DNA of 64,000 bases from a bacterium (GTDB taxonomy: Bacteria > Patescibacteriota > Saccharimonadia > Saccharimonadales > UBA4665), in assembly GCA_021803105.1 (NCBI GenBank), contig JAJZMC010000007.1, positions 27,794 to 91,793 of the forward strand, read 5' to 3'. Positions 55,429 to 63,700 of this stretch are shown piece after piece. A program made the position numbers and the translations under genes. Under the pieces are notes generated by a model. It worked only from the letters and a program-made list of their open reading frames with translations. It ran no database searches and was not told the origin of the DNA. Every line of letters begins with the position of its first letter. The stretch's first letter is position 1.

Positions 55429-57087
55429 TTAGATTATGTTATTTTGAAGCGCTAAGTCAGATTCTTTGGCGAGTAATCTAGATCGAGCAAAGAAGTAACC
55501 GATAACTGTTACTATTAATGCGGCAATGAAGATATCGTTTCCTGGACCAGTATTAACAAGTGTTGTTGAAGTTGTGGTCGTCTCAATTGTTTTAATAATT
55601 GTAGCAGGTAAATGTATGATTATAGTGTTACCGTATACATTAGTCATTTCGAGGTTGTAATAGCCTGGATCTGAAGATGAAGTAGGAGTTTGAGGAATTG
55701 GGCTCATCACTTTAACGGCTACTTTTTCGGTTGCTGTGGAGTTAGGAGCAATATTAATAGCTGGCCATGTTATTTGATTAGAACTATTAATTGTTCCACC
55801 GTATTTATTTACGATCGTTGAGTAATCAAGAACATCACTTAGATTATCACTAAAAACGTAGTTTTTAATTGGTGCTAGACCGGTGTTATCAGCATAAAGA
55901 GTATAAATAATTTCATTATTAGGTTGAGCAGTTGTTCCATTAGCATTAGCGATGTTTTGAGTAATATTAGCAGCGGTTTTATATACTTTAATACAAGCTA
56001 TACTGTCTTGACTATTAATACTGGCTTGGCAGGGCTTACAATTAGGACTTGAAGCGGTTAAGCTAGCATTATACTTACAGGTTGGCGGTGTAGGTGGTGG
56101 TGAATAAGGTGTAGTCGGTGGTTGACTTGGTGTGGCAACTGTCATACAAACTTGGTTACTGTTTAGAGGTGTTGTTTCGTTAGAGCTTATAGTTGCTATA
56201 TTACAGATTTGAGTACCAGGAGTGACGTTAGGGTTAATTTTAACTCTTAGGTCTATATAATAATTAGTGGCTCCAGCGGGTAAAGTGTTATATACCCATT
56301 GTGCTTGATTAGTTTGAAAATTATTTGGTACAACATTAGCTCCTCCAGTTCCAAACCAAGTGTATGTTGTATTATTTGGTAATGGATCAGATATAACTAC
56401 GTTTTTAGCTTCACCACCAGTATTCGAAAAAATTAAACGATAGGATAAAGTTTCGTTTGGACTAACAATACTACCATTAACTGGAAAGCCTGGAGAGGTG
56501 GTTTTACTGATTGTTAAATTTGGTGCTTGAGGTAAACCAATCGATACTAAGTTACCACAAGTGTAGAGTAAAAAGTATGTTGTGCCATTAGAGGCTGTTA
56601 ATTTAATTGCTTGATAATTTGATGAACCAGCTGTATCCCAGGCCCATAAATATCTAAAATAATAAATGGTTCCAGCTACAATAACAGGTGTTTCTCCGGT
56701 TAGATTATAAGGTAATCTTCCCATTGAAAATAGTTGCTTATTGTATGAGTCAGAGTTAAGAGTTATCGTTGAACCTGAGGCTATATCTTGACAGGTAATG
56801 TTATAGTTAGCCAGAATTGTACCGTAATTTTCAATGTTATTGTTACAAAGATTAACAGCTTGTGAGATAGAAGAAAAGCCTCCATTTATTAAATCATTTG
56901 GTGAAGCTGCTATTGTTGGTTGAGGAGGACTTATAAAGGCAAAGAATTGAACAAAAAAAGCTAATATAATAAAAATAAAACTAATTCGTCTAATACTGGA
57001 CTCTTGTCTCATTCGTTTACTGTAAAATGATATCTGACTGGTGATGTTTGGATTATATGGTAGTAGTGATAGTAATTTTTTTAACAT
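55429..57087 (-). CDS. secreted or cell-surface protein with DUF11-type repeats, a Pro-rich/Cys-rich linker and an LVNTG + TM + basic C-terminal sorting-like signal
   Basis: An N-terminal signal-anchor is present (ISFIFIILAFFVQFFAFI). Two segments resemble the conserved repeat domain (LSYRLIFSNTGGEAKNVVISDPLPNNTTY and IIYTLYADNTGLAPIKNYVFSDNLSD). The linker reads PSQPPTTPYSPPPTPPTC. The C-terminus reads TTLVNTGPGNDIFIAALIVTVIGYFFARSR. Confidence 0.65.
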   Translation of the reverse strand: MLKKLLSLLPYNPNITSQISFYSKRMRQESSIRRISFIFIILAFFVQFFAFISPPQPTIAASPNDLINGGFSSISQAVNLCNNNIENYGTILANYNITCQDIASGSTITLNSDSYNKQLFSMGRLPYNLTGETPVIVAGTIYYFRYLWAWDTAGSSNYQAIKLTASNGTTYFLLYTCGNLVSIGLPQAPNLTISKTTSPGFPVNGSIVSPNETLSYRLIFSNTGGEAKNVVISDPLPNNTTYTWFGTGGANVVPNNFQTNQAQWVYNTLPAGATNYYIDLRVKINPNVTPGTQICNIATISSNETTPLNSNQVCMTVATPSQPPTTPYSPPPTPPTCKYNASLTASSPNCKPCQASINSQDSIACIKVYKTAANITQNIANANGTTAQPNNEIIYTLYADNTGLAPIKNYVFSDNLSDVLDYSTIVNKYGGTINSSNQITWPAINIAPNSTATEKVAVKVMSPIPQTPTSSSDPGYYNLEMTNVYGNTIIIHLPATIIKTIETTTTSTTLVNTGPGNDIFIAALIVTVIGYFFARSRLLAKESDLALQNNII

Positions 57088-57797
57088 AATTTTATGTGTT
57101 TCTTTAAATTTAATGTTTATTCATTAGTTTAATGTAAACATAAAGTTACTATTTATACAATAGAGGTTAATGGTATTAAGATTTAAATTACTATTTTATG
57201 TTTATGGTTAAGATGTTAGTTGTTTATAATAGTATATAGTAAAAATAACAGCAGATGAATAATTAAAAACAGGCGAGGCATTTTATTAAGAACATAAGTT
57301 TATATGATTGAATACACTAATATGTTGTAAATTAAGACAGTATTTTTAATCAATAAGTGTTGTTATATTGTCTATATATTAATATTTTTATGATTTTTTG
57401 ATAAAACTGGAGCTATTTTTTCCCAAAATCGTAGTATTATTCACACCTGTGTATAACTGTTATTAATAACATTTAATTAATTATTTAATGTTAATTAAAT
57501 AAAATATTAATTAATAATTTAAGTTATTTCTACAATGAAGTAATTTATTACTTCTTATGTAGTAATAAATAATATAAATTAGTTAATCTAATATTGAATA
57601 AATAATAAGTTATTTAAGTTAATATTGTTGTTCTAATATAAACAAACATTAGCTTTATTAATTTATTTAATTAAACTGACTAATTTATTAAGTCTTTTTA
57701 TCTTGTTAAAAGGGTAGTAATAATACTAAAATGGATTAAGTTATTATTCACTTAAAGTTAATAAATTAATAAATACTAAAATATAAACAATAAACAA

Positions 57798-60700
57798 ATG
57801 CCACCTAACAACGATTACTCTGGTCTTAAAACTCTAGAAGACTCTCCTAATATCTCTTCACTTAATCCCATAACTAATTCTAACTACACTAAACCTAAAT
57901 GGTACTCACTAGCCTATAGCTCTCATAAGAAACTATTAATATCTCTAATAGTAATATTAGTTATATTTCTATTATCTGGTTCTTATGCCATCTACAGACT
58001 AACAGCTAATACTAAAGCTAATACACCAGTATCTATTAAAAACAATATTAATCCTACACTACCTCAATCTACTAATGGACTACTACCACCTAAACAACAA
58101 GTCTTAGTAGTTAACTCTAACTTAAAGGTTAATGCTAATACTGCTCTTCAAGGTACTCTAAATGTTACAGGACTAGTTACCTTACAAGGTAATGTAACCA
58201 TTACTGGTACTCTAAATGTTTTAAAGAATGGTACCTTTAAAGGTAACAATACTTTCTCAGGTACTAATACCTTTACTAATAACTCTACCTTTTCTGGACC
58301 AACTAACTTTACTAATACTAACAATACTTTCTCAGGACTAACTATCTCCAACAATGGACTAGTAGGCGGTATATTAAAAGTAGCTAGTGGTAGTCTAGTA
58401 CTAGGTAATCCAGGAACTACTCTAGGTTCCTTATCTTTTTCTCAAACTAACTCAACTAATTTATCTAGCTTAACTATTTCTAATCCTTTATCTCTTGGTA
58501 AAGTAAACTATGTCTTACCATCAATCAGTGGTAATTCTTCTGATACTATTTGTTTAGCTAATCTAAGAAACTGTTCAGCTGTTGGTACTTCAGGTGGTGA
58601 TTTAACAGGCAACTACCCAAGTCCAACTATCGCTAAACTCCAAGGAACTACTCTAACTCTATCTACTCCATCAACTGGACAAGTTCTAGCCTACAATGGT
58701 ACTGCCTATATTAATACATTAATTACTAACACTAACCTAACAGCTGGTAGTTATACTAACATCACTGGAGTAGGAGTCTTATCTTCTGGTTCTATTGCTT
58801 CTGGCTTTGGTCCTATCTCTACTACTAACAACATATCTACTACTGCTACTATTAATGCTGGAACACTTAGTGTTAGTGGTAACTCCACACTCTCAGGAAC
58901 ATTAACTGTTAGTGGTAACTCACTACTAAGTAGTAACTTAAACGTTAATGGTACCTCCACTCTTTCTGGTCCACTAATAGCTAACTCTACTACATTATTT
59001 AAAGACTTAACTAACTCTACTACTGCCTTTCAAATACAGAATGCTAATTCAGCTAACATACTAACTGCTGATACTACAACTAATACTATTAACCTAAACG
59101 GTAACCTAAACCTTAACCAAGTATCGGCTCCTACTACTGCTCCAACAGTTGCTATTAATACTACTGCTGGTAACCTTAACTCTACTTATTACTATGTCTA
59201 TGCTTATATAACACCAAGTGGTATTACTAATTATTCTCCAGTCTCTTCTGGTGTAGCTCCAGTCTCTCAACAAGTTAATGTTACAGTCTCTGCTTCATCT
59301 AACAACCTAGTAACTGGTATTAATATCTATCGGACTATAGCTGGAGCTACTAACTCTGGACCATTCTATTTAGTTAACTCCACTCCACTATCTAACGTAA
59401 GCCAAACATATGTAGACAATATAGCTGATAGTTCATTAGGAATAGCTAGTAGTGATATTAATAATAGTGCTAACTTTAAAGTTAATGGTAGCTCAGTTCT
59501 AATTATTGATCCTAACAACTACAATACTGGAGTAGGACTTAATGTGTTAAAGAGTAATAGTACGGGCTTATCTAACTCAGCTTTTGGCTTTAATGCTCTT
59601 GAATCTAACATTACCGGTTCTGACAATACTGCTATAGGAGCTTTAGCTCTTCAGTCTAATACTACCGGTTATTCAAACACCGCTATCGGACTTAACGCCT
59701 TACAACTTAACACCACTGGCTACCAAAACACTGCTGTTGGCTTTCAATCTCTTCAGGACAATACCACTGGTGTTAATAATGCTAGCTTAGGCTATCAGGC
59801 TCTTCAAGCCAATACTACCGGTTATTCAAACACCGCTATCGGACTTAACGCCTTACAACTTAACACCACTGGCTACCAAAACACTGCTGTTGGCTTTCAA
59901 TCTCTTCAGGACAATACTACTGGTTATTCAAACACCGCTGTCGGACTTAATACCTTACAACTTAACACCACTGGCTATCTAAATACAGCTCTAGGTTTAG
60001 GTGCTTTACAGTCTAATACTACCGGTACTTATAACACGGCTTTAGGAGCAGGTGCTCTTCAATATAATACAACTAGTGGCAGTAATACTGCCTTTGGAGC
60101 TCAAGCTCTTCAAGAAAATACCACCGGTTATAATAACACTAGTGTTGGTATGAATGCCTTACAACTTAACACCACAGGTTATCTAAACACATCTCTAGGT
60201 CTTGCTTCGTTACAATCTAACACCACTGGCTATACTAACACGGCTTCTGGAGCTTTAGCTCTTCAAGGCAATACCACTGGTTACCAGAATACCGCTCTAG
60301 GCTATAGTGCTTTATATTCTAATACCACTGGTGGAACAAACACTGCTCTTGGTCAAAATGCTCTCTATGCTAATACTTCTGGTAACTCAAACATAGCTAT
60401 TGGTTTTGGAGCAGGTTATACCAACACTGGAGCTAATGCCAATACCACAGGTTCTAATAACACATTCCTAGGATATTATTCAGGACCAGGAACTACTACT
60501 CAACTTAACAATGCTACAGCTATTGGTTCTAATGCAGTTGTAGATACTTCTAATTCTCTAGTTCTAGGATCAATAAGTGGAGTTAATGGAGCTACTGCTA
60601 GTACTAATGTTGGTATAGGAACAACTTCACCGAACGCTGCACTAGAAGTTACTACTGGTGGAGGTGGTGTAAATAATAATGGGATTTATGTTTATGATAG

Positions 60701-63700
60701 TCCAAATGTCGGTTATTCTACTTTGAGTGTCTATAATAATTGGCTTGATGGTCACGGTGGCAATAATTTTCAAATTCAAAATGCATCAGGTTCATTATTT
60801 ACGGTTAATAATAATGGTTATGTTGGTATAGGAACAGCTAGTCCACAAGATAATTTAAGTATATTTGGAGTACAAAATTATAATAGTGGTTTAGAGTTAA
60901 ATGGTAATAGTAGTGGTGGTGTAGGTATGTCAATTGAAAATACATCTTCTGGGGGTCATAGTTATGCAATTTTATCCGGAGGCGCTGCTAATGGAGTTGG
61001 TGTAGGTGCGTTTGGTATATATGATGAAACTACAGGTGCTTATCGTCTGACAATAAATCCTAGTGGTAATGTTGGTATAGGAACAACTAGTCCAACTCAA
61101 ACTTTAGATGTAGTAGGAAACACTCTACTTCAATCAGCTACTAACTCTACTACTGCCTTTCAAGTACAGAATGCTAGTGGAGCTACTATATTAAATACTG
61201 ACTCTAATCCACTAACTGCTAATAATGTTGGTAGTACTAATTGGACTACTACTTCTTCATTACCAAAAGCTTTATATGATGGTAACTCTATTACATATAA
61301 CGGCTATATATATGAAATAGCAGGATTTAATAGTTCTTCCGTTTATTATGCTCCAATTAACCTAGACGGTTCAGTTAGCTCTTGGACTACTACTACCTCA
61401 TTACCTCAACCACTAGAAGGAGCTAGAGTAGTTACTTACAATGGTTATGTCTATGTGATGGGTGGATATAACGATAGTTCAGGAACTGTTCAGTCCACTG
61501 TCTACTATGCTCAAATCAATCTAGACGGTTCAATAGGTACTTGGTTATCTGCTACTAACTTACCACAAGCCTTATGGCAACCAACTGCTGTTGTTTACAA
61601 TAACTATATATATGTTATAGGTGGTAATAACACTACTGCTTCTACTACTGATCAATCCACTGTCTACTATGCCCCAATTAACTCTGATGGCTCTGTCGGC
61701 ACTTGGACTACTACCACCGCACTACCACAGACATTATACGGTGCTACTTCTGTTATCTATAATGGTTACATTTATGAAATAGGCGGTACAAATAGTACGG
61801 TTGTTCAATCCACTGTCTACTATGCTCCCATTAACTCTGATGGCTCCGTTGGTACTTGGACTTCTACTACTGCCTTACCTCAAGCACTTCAAGCTGATAA
61901 CTCCGTTGTCTATGATGGTTATATTTATGAACTTGGTGGTTACAACGGTTCTTATCAGTCTTCTATTATCTATTACGCTTTAATAAATTCTAATGGTTCA
62001 ATTGGTAATTGGAGCACTAGTCCTATTACTCTTCCACAAGCTTTATATGCTGCATCAGCTTCCGTCTATAATGGCTATGTCTATGAAATGACTGGTTTAA
62101 ATAGTAGTGGTGTTAGTCAATCTGCTGTTTACTACACTCAACTACTGAATGGTAGCTCATCAATAGAGCAGGGTAGTCTTACTCTTAATGCTGGTACTAC
62201 TATAACTGGACCAACAACTCTACAGAATACTACTAACTCTAATACGGCCTTACAAGTTAACAACAGCAATGGTGGTTCTATATTAAATGTTAATTCTAAC
62301 CCTCAAACATATACTAATGCTGGGATAACGAATTGGAATAGTACGAGTGGATTACCACAAGGAATAAATAGTTCTACCTCTGTGTCGTATAACGGCTATA
62401 TATATGAATTAGGAGGATACACTAATAGTTTGGGTTATCAATCCACTGTCTACTACGCCCCTCTAAACTCCAATGGCTCCGTGGGCACCGGGATCTACAC
62501 CACCGCCTTACCCCAGGCATTAGATGGTACAGCCTCAGATGTATATAATGGATATGTATATATATTGGGAGGTCAAAATTCATCTAATACTATTCAATCC
62601 ACTGTCTACTACGCCCCTCTAAACTCCAATGGCTCCGTCGGCACCTGGATCTCCACCACCGCCTTACCCCAGGCATTAAGTAGGTCTACATCCTTGGTAT
62701 ATAACGGCTATATATATGAATTTGGAGGTGATAATAGTGCTTATCAATCCACTGTCTACTACGCCCCCTTAAATTCCAATGGCTCCGTCGGCACCTGGAT
62801 CTCCACCACCGCCTTACCGCAATCTATAGACTTTATTTCTTCAGATGTATATAATGGATATGTATATATATTGGGAGGTCAAAATTCAAGTGGTGCTTAT
62901 CAATCCACTGTCTACTACGCCCCTCTAAACTCCAATGGCTCCGTCGGCACCTGGATCTCCACCACCGCTTTACCTCAAACACTTAGGGGGGCGACGTCGA
63001 GTATTTATAATGGTTTTATCTATGAAGTTGGTGGAGATAACGGATATACTTACAATTCCACCGTCTACTACGCCCCTCTAAAATCCAATGGTTCAGTCGG
63101 CACTTGGAATAGCACTGTCTACTTACCTGAAACAGTATCTTATGCAGCGTCGAGTATTTATAACGGATATATATATGAGCTAGGAGGAGGCTTATCTAAC
63201 GGATCAATAGTTCCTAATGTCTATTACGCTCAATTTTTAACAGGTAATTCAACTCTGCAGGGTAGTCTAACTTTTAATGCTAGTCTAAATGTATCAGGAC
63301 CAACAGTCTTACAAAATGCTATTGATTCAGTTAATGCCTTTCAAATAAACAATAGCACTGGTGGTTCTATTTTGTCTGTTAACTCTACACCAGTAACGAC
63401 TACTACTGCCGGAACAACGGCTTGGAATACAACAACTAACTTACCACAAGCGTTAAATAGCCCCACTTCAGTAACATACAACGGTTATATATATGAATTA
63501 GGCGGACAGGAGACATCTGGAACTATAATCAGTACAGTTGAATATGCTCCTCTAAATTCCAACGGCTCAGTTGGTGCCTGGACCTCCACCACCGCTCTAC
63601 CCCAAGCATTGTGGCGCGCTACTTCTGTTGTCTACAACGGTTATATTTATGAAATAGGAGGGGATGATGCTGGTATTTATCAATCCACCGTCTACTACGC

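Noticed and set aside
59571-60480. A regularly spaced repeat array that could be mistaken for a CRISPR locus
   Set aside because: The period is 51 nt with no repeat/spacer alternation. The array is in frame within a long ORF and translates to a 17-aa protein repeat. No cas genes are present.
58148-61983. ORFs 58148-58354 (-), 58751-58960 (-) and 61801-61983 (+)
   Set aside because: All lie inside the giant open frame that starts at 57798, either antisense or out of frame. Their V/L/P-rich repetitive translations mirror the coding repeats.
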